Of a DNA stretch of 56,778 bases, positions 17,176 through 25,057 are shown one piece after another. The notes below the pieces were generated by a model. The model did no database searches. It had not been told where the DNA came from and saw nothing but the letters and a program-made list of their open reading frames with translations. Location: the NCBI GenBank assembly GCA_035553035.1, contig DATNEO010000019.1, positions 1-56,778 on the forward strand, given 5' to 3'. Made by a program: the position numbers and the translations under genes. The stretch is from Gaiellales bacterium. GTDB taxonomy: Bacteria > Actinomycetota > Thermoleophilia > Gaiellales > JAICJC01. Numbering within the stretch: position 1 is the stretch's first letter; every line of letters starts with the position of its first letter.

Positions 17176-17418
17176 CTACTTGCCGCCGCTGCCGGTGGCA
17201 TGCTCGACGGCGGTCTTGATGGCAGCCGTGACCACACTGCCGATGCCGTGATCCTTCCCGCCGAGGTACGAGCCGACGGCGAGCAGCAGCACGCCGATCG
17301 CCATGGCCAGACCGGCGTACTCGACCGTGCCCTGGCCCTGCTCGGCGTCGGCGCGGCGCACGCGTTCGGCCAGGTGATGCGTGCCTGTGACCAACCAGGC
17401 GGCGGTGCGATGAAACAT
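17176..17418 (-). CDS. flp: Flp-family prepilin
   Basis: ...AEQGQGTVEYAGLAMAIGVLLLAV has the G/xxxxEY processing motif plus a hydrophobic helix. Strong SD AAGGAGGG upstream. Confidence 0.65.
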   Translation of the reverse strand: MFHRTAAWLVTGTHHLAERVRRADAEQGQGTVEYAGLAMAIGVLLLAVGSYLGGKDHGIGSVVTAAIKTAVEHATGSGGK

Positions 17419-17471
17419 TGATGACCCTCCTTGCGAGCGTTGGTGATGACCGGCCCAGCCTGCCGTGAGCG

Positions 17472-17506
17472 CCCGTCACGGAACAAGGCGGCTCCCGTCA
17501 CGAAAC
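17472..17506. promoter_or_regulatory. Direct repeats CCCGTCACGGAAC and CCCGTCACGAAAC, 22 bp apart
   Basis: The two 13-mers match at 12 of 13 positions. They lie in the divergent spacer between flp (17418) and the secreted-protein gene (17612). Confidence 0.5.
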
Positions 17507-17611
17507 GCCCGCGAGGGAGTGTCAGCGGCCACGTGGGCTACCGTACGGGCGCTCCTCGCGAGGCCCGCGCGGGTGTCTCAGATCACCACCGACCTGCCGA
17601 TACAACAACAG

Positions 17612-18634
17612 ATGCGACGATTCACAGTCCTGCTCCTGGTGGTGGTCATGGCCTCGCTCACGGCCCCGGCGGTCGCCGGAGCCAGCAAACTGATCGTCCG
17701 CAACGCGACGCACATCACGCTCAAGGTGAACGCCAAGAACCGGGCGGTGGTCAGCTACCGCGCCAAGGGCATCGTCCGCCACGTGCTGGTATGGGGCGCG
17801 ATCAACGCCAAGCCGCCCGACCGGGCGCATCCCGATAGCCAGGTCAAGTTCCACGTCGACTACTCGGGTGGCAGCGCCAGCCCCTGGGGCTCCGGCTACT
17901 GGCGGCGCGTCAAGAACGCGTGCACCCGCTGGCGTGGCAGCGGCGTCACGCTGGCCGTGACGGTCTGCACGATGCCGGACGGCTCCCACTGGGCGCTCCA
18001 GAGCTGGAAGCGCCTGATGCCGAACGGCGGGTACAAGTGCTGCCAGACACCGCAGCAGGGCAAGCGCGAGCTGCACATCTCGCACTGGAAGGGTCCGCTC
18101 GCCCAGCTCTGGCTGAAGTGGAACTGGACGCGCGCGACCTCGCAGTATCCGCACCTCGACAAACTGTTCGGCCGCGCCACCTACAAGGGCGTCGGCACGT
18201 ACGGGTTCTCGAACACCCGGACCGGCGCGCCCACCGACAGCTTCGGCCGGGTCGTCTTCGTGGATACGTACAACCCGCCCAAATGGGGCAAGGGCTGGCG
18301 CCGCGAGAACAGCTTCCTCGTGCACCGGCCCAGCGACGGCGGTTTCTGCGACACGCTGTGGCCCAACCGCTACGGCCGCCACCACGCCAGCGGGTACGGC
18401 CAGAAGTACCGCGCGACGATGGACGGACCCGGCGTCACACCGATCGTGCGTTGGAAGGGGCCGCCGCCCGGGAACTACTCGCAGTCCCCCGTGCAGACCC
18501 GCGACGGCCTGGCCGACTTCACGATCACCGGTTCCGGCCGACAACCGTTCGATGCGCTGCTCGACTCTCAGTTGGACACCGAGCAGCAGATCCTGGCGGG
18601 CTCGTCCGCCGACAAGTGCTTCGCGATCCGCTAG
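17612..18634 (+). CDS. Secreted protein of unknown function (Trp/Lys/Tyr-rich)
   Basis: Signal peptide MRRFTVLLLVVVMASLTAPAVAGAS. The composition is atypical for this window. No domain recognised. Confidence 0.7.
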   Translation: MRRFTVLLLVVVMASLTAPAVAGASKLIVRNATHITLKVNAKNRAVVSYRAKGIVRHVLVWGAINAKPPDRAHPDSQVKFHVDYSGGSASPWGSGYWRRVKNACTRWRGSGVTLAVTVCTMPDGSHWALQSWKRLMPNGGYKCCQTPQQGKRELHISHWKGPLAQLWLKWNWTRATSQYPHLDKLFGRATYKGVGTYGFSNTRTGAPTDSFGRVVFVDTYNPPKWGKGWRRENSFLVHRPSDGGFCDTLWPNRYGRHHASGYGQKYRATMDGPGVTPIVRWKGPPPGNYSQSPVQTRDGLADFTITGSGRQPFDALLDSQLDTEQQILAGSSADKCFAIR

Positions 18635-18696
18635 CCCCGACTCGCTGAGCCGCGGCGGCACGTCCGCCAGTCCGCCACCGATACACTGCCGGTGCT

Positions 18697-20349
18697 ATGG
18701 AAACGGCGGCCGAAGTCTTCGTCAGATGCCTCGAGAACGAGGGTGTGCGCCACGTGTTCGGCATCCCCGGCGAGGAGACGCTCGACCTGAATGAGGCGCT
18801 CGACCGCTCCTCCTCGATCGAGTTCGTACCGGTACGCCACGAGCAGGGCGGCGCCTTCATGGCCGACGCCTACGGACGGCTGACCGGGCGCGCCGGCGTC
18901 TGCCTGGGCACGCTCGGGCCGGGCGCAACAAACCTCGTGACCGGCATGGCCGACGCCTTCCTCGACCGCGCCCCGGTGGTCGCCCTGACCGGCCAGACCG
19001 ACCTGTCGGAGATGCATAAGGAGAGCCACCAGTACATCGACGTGGTGCGCATGATGAAGCCGGTGACGAAGTGGAACGCGCGCGTTCACGACCCGGACAT
19101 CATCCCGGAGGCCGTTCGCAAGGCGTTCGCGGTGGCCGAGCGCGAGAAGCCGGGCGCCACGCACCTGGAGCTGCCGGCCGACGTGATGGAGCTGCCGCTC
19201 GCCGCCGACCCGGTGCCGCGGCGCCCGCCGGCGCTGGTGGAGCCGGTCGCGGCCGAGCTGCACCGCGCCGCGGAGCTGCTGCAGGCAGCCGAGCGGCCGG
19301 TGGTGCTGGCCGGAAACGGCATCGCCCGCCAGAACGCCTCACCGGCGCTGCGGCGCTTCGTGCAGCAGACCGGGCTGGGCGTGATCACCACCTTCATGGG
19401 CAAGGGCGTGATCGACGCCGACGACGAGCACGCGCTGTTCACCGCCGGCCTGCGCGCGCAGGACTATCCGCGCGGGTTCATGGGCCGGTCCGACCTGGTC
19501 GTGTGCGTCGGGTACGACCTGGTCGAGTGGTCGCCCGTGAACTGGAACCCGAACCGCGACCGCCGCGTGATCTGCATCGACACGACGCCGGCCGAGAGCG
19601 ACGCGCACTACGTGCCCGACGTCGAGTTGACCGGCGACATCTCGCACATCCTCACGCACCTGGGCAACCTGGTCTCGGACAAGCCGCCGGCCCGGGTGGT
19701 GACACCCCCATTCAACCAGATGATCCGCGACGCGCTGGAGTCACACTCCGACGACGGGTTCCCGATCAAGCCGCAGCGGGCGCTGCGCGACCTGCGTGAG
19801 CTGATGGGCCCGAGCGATCTGCTGATCTCGGATGTGGGCGCGCACAAGCTGTGGATCTCGCGCCTGTGGCCAGCCCACGAGCCGAACACGGTACTGATCT
19901 CCAACGGCGCGGCGGCGATGGGCTTCGCGCTGCCGGCCGCGGTGGCCGCGAGGATGGTGCTGCCAAAGGACCGGCGCGTGGTCACGATTTCCGGCGACGG
20001 CGGGTTCTTGATGAACGTGCAGGAACTGGAGACGGCCAAGCGGCTGAGGCTGGCGATCGTGAACATCGTCTGGTCGGACAACGCATACGGGGTGATCGAG
20101 GTGCACCAGCAGCGCAAGTTCGGTCACCTGGCCGGCACCAAGTTCACGAACCCGGATCTGGTGATGCTGGCCGAGAGCTTCGGAATCGCGGGCATGCGCG
20201 TGACGTCCGCCGACGAACTGATGCCGACGCTGAGGCGTGCGCTGGAGCTGGACATTCCATCGGTCGTGGAGATCCCGATCGACTACCGCGAGAACAGGAA
20301 GTTTTCGATGAATCTGGCCGACCTGGTGAAGGTCGGAGAAGGGGTCTGA
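18697..20349 (+). CDS. Thiamine-diphosphate enzyme, acetolactate synthase-like
   Basis: FGIPGEE, GPGATNL, and the C-terminal GDGGFLMN...N TPP-binding motif. Confidence 0.9.
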   Translation: METAAEVFVRCLENEGVRHVFGIPGEETLDLNEALDRSSSIEFVPVRHEQGGAFMADAYGRLTGRAGVCLGTLGPGATNLVTGMADAFLDRAPVVALTGQTDLSEMHKESHQYIDVVRMMKPVTKWNARVHDPDIIPEAVRKAFAVAEREKPGATHLELPADVMELPLAADPVPRRPPALVEPVAAELHRAAELLQAAERPVVLAGNGIARQNASPALRRFVQQTGLGVITTFMGKGVIDADDEHALFTAGLRAQDYPRGFMGRSDLVVCVGYDLVEWSPVNWNPNRDRRVICIDTTPAESDAHYVPDVELTGDISHILTHLGNLVSDKPPARVVTPPFNQMIRDALESHSDDGFPIKPQRALRDLRELMGPSDLLISDVGAHKLWISRLWPAHEPNTVLISNGAAAMGFALPAAVAARMVLPKDRRVVTISGDGGFLMNVQELETAKRLRLAIVNIVWSDNAYGVIEVHQQRKFGHLAGTKFTNPDLVMLAESFGIAGMRVTSADELMPTLRRALELDIPSVVEIPIDYRENRKFSMNLADLVKVGEGV

Positions 20350-20351
20350 CA

Positions 20352-21782
20352 ATGGCGATGACTGAGACAATCCAGAAGCTGTACGTGGACGGCGAGTGGT
20401 ATGAGACCGGCGAGACGAAGGACGTGACGTCGCCCTATGACGGCAGCGTGGTCGGGCGCGTGGCATTCGGCGGCGGCGCCGACGCGACCCGCGCGATCGA
20501 CGCAGCGGAGCGGGCGATGCAGAGCCCGCTGCCGGCGCACAAGCGCGCGTCGGTGCTGGACGGGGTGGCCGCACTGCTCGCGGAGCGGCGCGACGAGTTC
20601 GCGCGCACCATCGCCCGGGAGGCCGGCAAGCCGATCGCGACGGCGAGCATCGAGGTCGACCGCGCTGTGCAGACGATCACCTTCTCGGCGCTGGAGGCGC
20701 GGCGGCTGACCGGCGAGACGGTGCCGATGGACGCGCACCCCGCCGGCGAGGGCAAGGCCGGCCTGATCCTGCGCGTGCCGATCGGGATCATCGGCGCGAT
20801 CTCGCCGTTCAACTTCCCGCTGAACCTGGTCTGCCACAAGGTCGGCCCCGCGTACGCGGCAGGCTGCGCCGTGGTGCTGAAGCCGGCCGGCGCGACACCG
20901 CTCTCTGCGCTCTTACTGGCGCGCGCGTTCGCCGACGCCGGCCAGCCGGCCGGCTGGCTGAACGTGATCGTGGGCCGCTCTGGCGAGATCGGCGACGTGC
21001 TGACCGAGGACGAGCGCGTCAAGATGATCACCTTCACCGGCTCCTCGCAGGTGGGCTGGGGCATCCGCCAGCGCGCCCACAAGAAGAAGGTGTCGCTGGA
21101 GCTCGGCAACTCGACGCCGCTGATCGTGCTGGCCGACGCCGACCTCGACAAGGCGGCCACGGCGATCGCCGCCAACGGCTACGCGTTCGCCGGACAGAGC
21201 TGCATCTCGATCCAGCGGGTCTACGTCGAGGATGCCGCGCACGACGCGCTGATCGAGAAGCTGGTGCCGAAGGTGCAGGCGCTGAAGGTGGGAGATCCGC
21301 TGGATCCGGAGACGCAGGTGGGGCCGGTGATCGACGGCGAGAACCGCGACCGCATCAAGGCCTGGGTGGATGACGCCGTCGCCGGCGGTGCGAAGCTGCT
21401 TTCCGGCGGCGAGTTGGGCGACGACGGCGTGCTGCGCCCGACGTTGCTCGACGACGTGTCGCTGGATATGGACGTCGCCTGCCACGAGGTGTTCGGACCG
21501 GTCGTGGCCGTGGCGCGCGTGTCGGGCCTGGAGCAGGCGATCGCGCTCGCCAACGGCACCGACTACGGGCTGCAGGCGGGGGTATTCACGCAGGACATCA
21601 CGAAGGCGATGCGCGCGGCGCGGGAGCTGGAGTTCGGCGGAGTCACGCTGAACGAGGCGCCCACCTACCGGGCCGACCAGATGCCCTACGGCGGCGTCAA
21701 GGAGTCGGGCAACACGCGCGAGGGACCGAAGTTCGCGGTGCAGGAGATGACCGAGCCGCGGATGATCGTGATCAGCCTGTAA
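20352..21782 (+). CDS. NAD(P)-dependent aldehyde dehydrogenase
   Basis: FTGSSQVG, ELGNSTP, GQSCISIQR (catalytic Cys), PYGGVKESG. ATG lies 2 nt after the upstream stop. Confidence 0.9.
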   Translation: MAMTETIQKLYVDGEWYETGETKDVTSPYDGSVVGRVAFGGGADATRAIDAAERAMQSPLPAHKRASVLDGVAALLAERRDEFARTIAREAGKPIATASIEVDRAVQTITFSALEARRLTGETVPMDAHPAGEGKAGLILRVPIGIIGAISPFNFPLNLVCHKVGPAYAAGCAVVLKPAGATPLSALLLARAFADAGQPAGWLNVIVGRSGEIGDVLTEDERVKMITFTGSSQVGWGIRQRAHKKKVSLELGNSTPLIVLADADLDKAATAIAANGYAFAGQSCISIQRVYVEDAAHDALIEKLVPKVQALKVGDPLDPETQVGPVIDGENRDRIKAWVDDAVAGGAKLLSGGELGDDGVLRPTLLDDVSLDMDVACHEVFGPVVAVARVSGLEQAIALANGTDYGLQAGVFTQDITKAMRAARELEFGGVTLNEAPTYRADQMPYGGVKESGNTREGPKFAVQEMTEPRMIVISL

Positions 21783-21809
21783 CGACGGCGAGACGCGCGT
21801 CGCGGGGCG

Positions 21810-22082
21810 GTCACGGACCGCACCGCCGCCCGCGCCCAGATTGGATCAAACACCGCTCCCGCCCCCGCCACGGGTTCGTGACCGCGCCGTGACGCGTGTC
21901 ACGGCGCCCGTGACAGGGGTTTCGCACGGTTGCGCAGATCGCGCCCGGACCGGCCTCAGAGGCCGCTTCGGGGTGCGTTGCAGGTTGGTGCCAGGTGCGT
22001 GACCGGGACGTGACCGCGGCGTGCGGAAAAGGGGCTTTCGCACGCAACATCGCCGTGACAGCGGTGTCACGGCGGCTGTGAC
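21810..22082. repeat. Array of ten GTCACG(G)/CGTGAC motifs (nine carry the full core, the tenth at 22077-22082 only GTGAC) in both orientations, partly phased at 10-11 bp
   Basis: Motif positions are 21810, 21877, 21887, 21898, 21908, 21998, 22009, 22053, 22066 and 22077. Two palindromes: CCGTGAC-N4-GTCACGG (21887-21904) and CCGTGAC-N6-GTCACGG (22053-22072). Also the direct repeat GGGG(C)TTTCGCACG at 21916 and 22031. Confidence 0.6.
22019..22045. terminator. Hairpin GCGTGCG(G)AAA-loop-TTTCGCACGC
   Basis: About a 10-bp stem with one bulge, 44-70 nt beyond the DUF2630 stop at 22089. No U-tract. Confidence 0.3.
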
Positions 22083-22088
22083 GCACGG

Positions 22089-22331
22089 CTACTGCTGGTA
22101 GCCCTCGACCACGTCTGACTTGCGCAGCTGTGCGCCGTCGTCGTCGAGGTCGAACTCGCGCAGCGCGCGACGCTGCCGCAGCAGGTCCCAGCACTGGTCG
22201 AGCTGCACCTTGATCTCGGCCAGGCGCCGCCGGTCCGAGTCCGTCGACCGGCCCTGCGACTCCGCCTCCCACAGCTCGTGCTCCTCCGAGACCAGCTGCT
22301 CGATCGTCCCGTGAACCTGTTCGTCGCTCAT
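22089..22331 (-). CDS. DUF2630 family protein
   Basis: MSDEQVHGTIEQLVSEEHELWE...LDQCWDLLRQRRA is the characteristic DUF2630 sequence. SD-like CAGGAGCG upstream. Confidence 0.7.
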   Translation of the reverse strand: MSDEQVHGTIEQLVSEEHELWEAESQGRSTDSDRRRLAEIKVQLDQCWDLLRQRRALREFDLDDDGAQLRKSDVVEGYQQ

Positions 22332-22408
22332 CGTCGCTCCTGTCGTGTCGTCGTCGCAGGTAGCGTACCCGCGCCGAGGTCGCGCCCCTCGCGCCGCCCC
22401 TAGCCGGA

Positions 22409-23329
22409 CTACGTGCAGACGGCCGCCAGCACCGCGGTCACGCCCGCCTCCAGCGCCGACAGGCTGTAGCCGCCCTCCAGCACAAGCGCCGGCCCGCCGC
22501 ACGGCTCGCGCAGCGCCGTGGCCATCTCGGCAAACGCCGGCGCCGTCAGCCTGAGCGAGCAGAGCGGGTCGTCGGCGGCCGCGTCGAAGCCTGCCGACAC
22601 GATCACCAGGTCGGGCTGAAACGCCACCACGGCGGGCAGCGCCTGCTCGTGGAACGCGGCCAGATACGCCGGCTCGCTGGTGCCCGCCGCCAGCGGCAGG
22701 TTCACGGTCGTGCCGGCGCCGTCCCCCGCTCCCGTCTCGGCGGCTGCGCCCGTTCCCGGGTAGAACGGGTACTGGTGCAGCGAGACGTAGAGCACAGCGG
22801 GATCGTCGTAGAAGATGGCCTGGGTGCCGTTGCCGTGGTGGGCGTCCCAGTCGAACACCGCCACCCGCTCACAGCCGAGCGCCTGCCGCGCGTGCGCGGC
22901 CGCGACCGCGGCGCTGTTGAAGACGCAGAATCCCATCGCCCGCGCCGGCTCGGCGTGATGGCCGGGCGGCCGGCCGCAGCTGAACGCGGCCACGCCGGGG
23001 TCGCCGGCCACCGCCTCGACCGCCGCGATCGCGCCCCCCGCGGCGCGCAGCGCCGCCTCCCAGCTGGCCTCCGTGAGGATCGTATCCGGGTCGAGCGCGC
23101 CCCCGCCACCGGCGCAGAACCGCTCGATCAGCTCGATGTGGGCCGGGGAATGGACGCGCTCCAGGGCCTCGCGCGGCGCCGGCGGCGCTTCCCGCCGCTC
23201 CGCACCCGATGCAGCCACCGCCGCAGCCACCGCGTCGTAGCGGGCCGGCCGCTCCGGATGGCCCGGACCGGGGTCGTGCAGCCGGAACAGGTCGCTCATG
23301 TAACAGGTGGGGAGCGGCGCTTGTGACAT
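22409..23329 (-). CDS. Histone deacetylase family protein (acetoin utilisation / acetylpolyamine amidohydrolase-like)
   Basis: RPPGHHA, DWDAHHGNGTQ, and the EGGY C-terminal motif. The start could be ATG 23299. Confidence 0.85.
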   Translation of the reverse strand: MSQAPLPTCYMSDLFRLHDPGPGHPERPARYDAVAAAVAASGAERREAPPAPREALERVHSPAHIELIERFCAGGGGALDPDTILTEASWEAALRAAGGAIAAVEAVAGDPGVAAFSCGRPPGHHAEPARAMGFCVFNSAAVAAAHARQALGCERVAVFDWDAHHGNGTQAIFYDDPAVLYVSLHQYPFYPGTGAAAETGAGDGAGTTVNLPLAAGTSEPAYLAAFHEQALPAVVAFQPDLVIVSAGFDAAADDPLCSLRLTAPAFAEMATALREPCGGPALVLEGGYSLSALEAGVTAVLAAVCT

Positions 23330-23487
23330 ATGCTGTTTGGAGGAAATCTGCGGCTCGGCGCGTCAAAACGGCCAAATAATCCCCGAGTTTAACGCGTACT
23401 TAACATTTCGACGCGCGAACTCAGGCCGCAAACGGGCATAATGCCGCTGAGCCCGTCCCCGACCTTGTGACAGTCTGGAGAGCCTTC

Positions 23488-23901
23488 ATGTACCGATTCA
23501 GCCGCGCGATCTTCGTCGAAATCAAGGATCTCGTCGATCCGCACCCTGAGACGGTATCCATACCTGAGGGCAAGCGCCGCGTGCTGCAGTCCTCCGAGGC
23601 GACGATCGAGCGGCTGGCGCGCGACCCCCACTACTTCGCGAAGCCGGCCCAGAGCCTGTTCCACGAGATCCGGCATCTGTTCTCGATCTCGAACCAGGCG
23701 CGGGTCTACAACACGATCGACCGTCACATCAGCGCCGCCGTCACCTACATCCTCGAGGAGATCGAGCGGAATGGCGAGGGCATGGCCAGCTGCAAGGCGA
23801 CCACGCGCAAGGGCAAGCCCTGTCAGCGCACGCCGCTGCCCGATCGTGAGTACTGCCCGTCCCACCAGCACCTGGAAGAGCGCACACACGTAACCGCGTA
23901 G
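23488..23901 (+). CDS. Hypothetical protein with C-terminal C-x9-C-x11-C-x2-H knuckle
   Basis: ATG with GGAGAG 7 nt upstream. Ends CKATTRKGKPCQRTPLPDREYCPSHQH. GC content is lower than in the neighbouring genes. Confidence 0.6.
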   Translation: MYRFSRAIFVEIKDLVDPHPETVSIPEGKRRVLQSSEATIERLARDPHYFAKPAQSLFHEIRHLFSISNQARVYNTIDRHISAAVTYILEEIERNGEGMASCKATTRKGKPCQRTPLPDREYCPSHQHLEERTHVTA

Positions 23902-23917
23902 CGGCGTCGGGTCCGGC

Positions 23918-24958
23918 CTACAGGCCGAGGCTCAGCTGCTGGTGCTCCTGGAACCCGGACACGCCCACGCCCACCAAACGCAGGGCGCCCGGCCGCTGCT
24001 CGAGCGCGCGGTCGAGCAGCATGCAGGCCAGCTCGCCGATCTGGTCGGCGTCGTCGGTACCGACCGGGAGCGAGTGTGACCGCGTCACGATCGAGAAGTC
24101 CGGGTAGCGCAGCTTGGTGGTGATGGTGCGCGCGCTGCGGCCGCTGCTCTGCAGCGAGCCGGCCAGCGGGGCGGCCATCGCGCGCACGCGCAGGTGCAGC
24201 TCAGCTCGCTCGCTGATATCGACGTCGAAGGTCTCCTCGCTCGAGATCGAGATCGCCTCGCCCGGCTCCGATGACACCGGCCGCGGGTCGATCCCGCGCG
24301 CGCGGTCGCGCAGCTCCAGCCAGCCGCGACCGGGCAGCGCCTCGCGCATGCGCTCGTCGTCGAGCGCCGCCAGCGCGCCGATCGTCTCGATGCCCAGCGC
24401 CGTCAGCCGCTGCTCGCTCTTCGGACCCACCCCCGGCAGCCGCCGCACCTCCAGCGACGCCAGGAACGCCGCCTCCTGGCCGTCCGGCACGTACGTGATC
24501 CCTCCCGGCTTCCTCATGTCCGACGCGATCTTGCACACCACCTTGCAGGCGCCCACGCCCAGCGAGGACGACAGCCGCACCTGCTCGCGGATCGCCTGCT
24601 GGACGATCGCAGCCTGCTCGGGCGGGTCGCCCTCGGCGAGCACCAGATAGCCCTCGTCGATCCCGATCCGCTCGACCACCGGCGCGTGCGCCCGCACGGT
24701 GTCCCACACCCGCCGCGACCACTCGCGGTAGGCGGCGTGGTCCGGTCGCACGAACACGGCCTGCGGGCAGCGTCGCAGCGCCTCGGCGCAGCTCATCGCC
24801 GACCGGATGCCGTACTTGCGGGCCTCGTAGCTTGCCGTCGACACGACGCCGCGCCCGCGCGGGTCGCCTCCCACCACCAGCGGCGTGCCCCGCAGCTCCG
24901 GCCGGCGGTGCAGCTCGACGGCGGCAAAGAAGGCGTCCAGGTCGAGATGCGCCATCAT
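23918..24958 (-). CDS. dinB: DNA polymerase IV (Y-family)
   Basis: MMAHLDLDAFFAAVE, ASYEARKYGI, IDEGYL, LPGVGPK. The long upstream extension in the ORF track was rejected. Confidence 0.9.
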   Translation of the reverse strand: MMAHLDLDAFFAAVELHRRPELRGTPLVVGGDPRGRGVVSTASYEARKYGIRSAMSCAEALRRCPQAVFVRPDHAAYREWSRRVWDTVRAHAPVVERIGIDEGYLVLAEGDPPEQAAIVQQAIREQVRLSSSLGVGACKVVCKIASDMRKPGGITYVPDGQEAAFLASLEVRRLPGVGPKSEQRLTALGIETIGALAALDDERMREALPGRGWLELRDRARGIDPRPVSSEPGEAISISSEETFDVDISERAELHLRVRAMAAPLAGSLQSSGRSARTITTKLRYPDFSIVTRSHSLPVGTDDADQIGELACMLLDRALEQRPGALRLVGVGVSGFQEHQQLSLGL

Positions 24959-24964
24959 TCCCCG

Positions 24965-24970
24965 AGCATA
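24965..24970 (-). promoter_or_regulatory. -10 like hexamer TATGCT (minus strand), 6 nt upstream of the dinB ATG (leaderless)
   Basis: TAnnnT pattern, 6-nt spacer CGGGGA, no SD. Confidence 0.45.
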
Positions 24971-25057
24971 CCGGCGGTTTCTGCCGGAATATCGGGACAG
25001 AATCGTCACCGACCATGCAGCCTGGGTGGCGCGGCACCGGTAGACTGAATCCCTGCT

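Noticed and set aside
21810-22082. Possibility that the motif array is a CRISPR array or a REP/MITE element.
   Set aside because: The repeats are only 6-8 nt, occur in both orientations with 10-13 bp spacing, and have no spacer-sized unique segments. No cas or transposase genes are nearby. Within this window the motif clusters at regulatory spacers rather than being dispersed.
21811-22272. ORFs of 153, 74 and 61 aa covering the 21.8-22.1 kb spacer.
   Set aside because: Their VT/RD-rich sequences are just translations of the repeated GTGAC/GTCACG motif. They have no SD and no coding-like codon bias, so the region is treated as non-coding.
24959-25057. Search for a LexA SOS box (TCGAAC-N4-GTTCGA) or the mycobacterial RecA-NDp motif in the dinB/pafBC spacer.
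   Set aside because: No acceptable match was found on either strand by eye. A proper matrix scan is needed before claiming absence.
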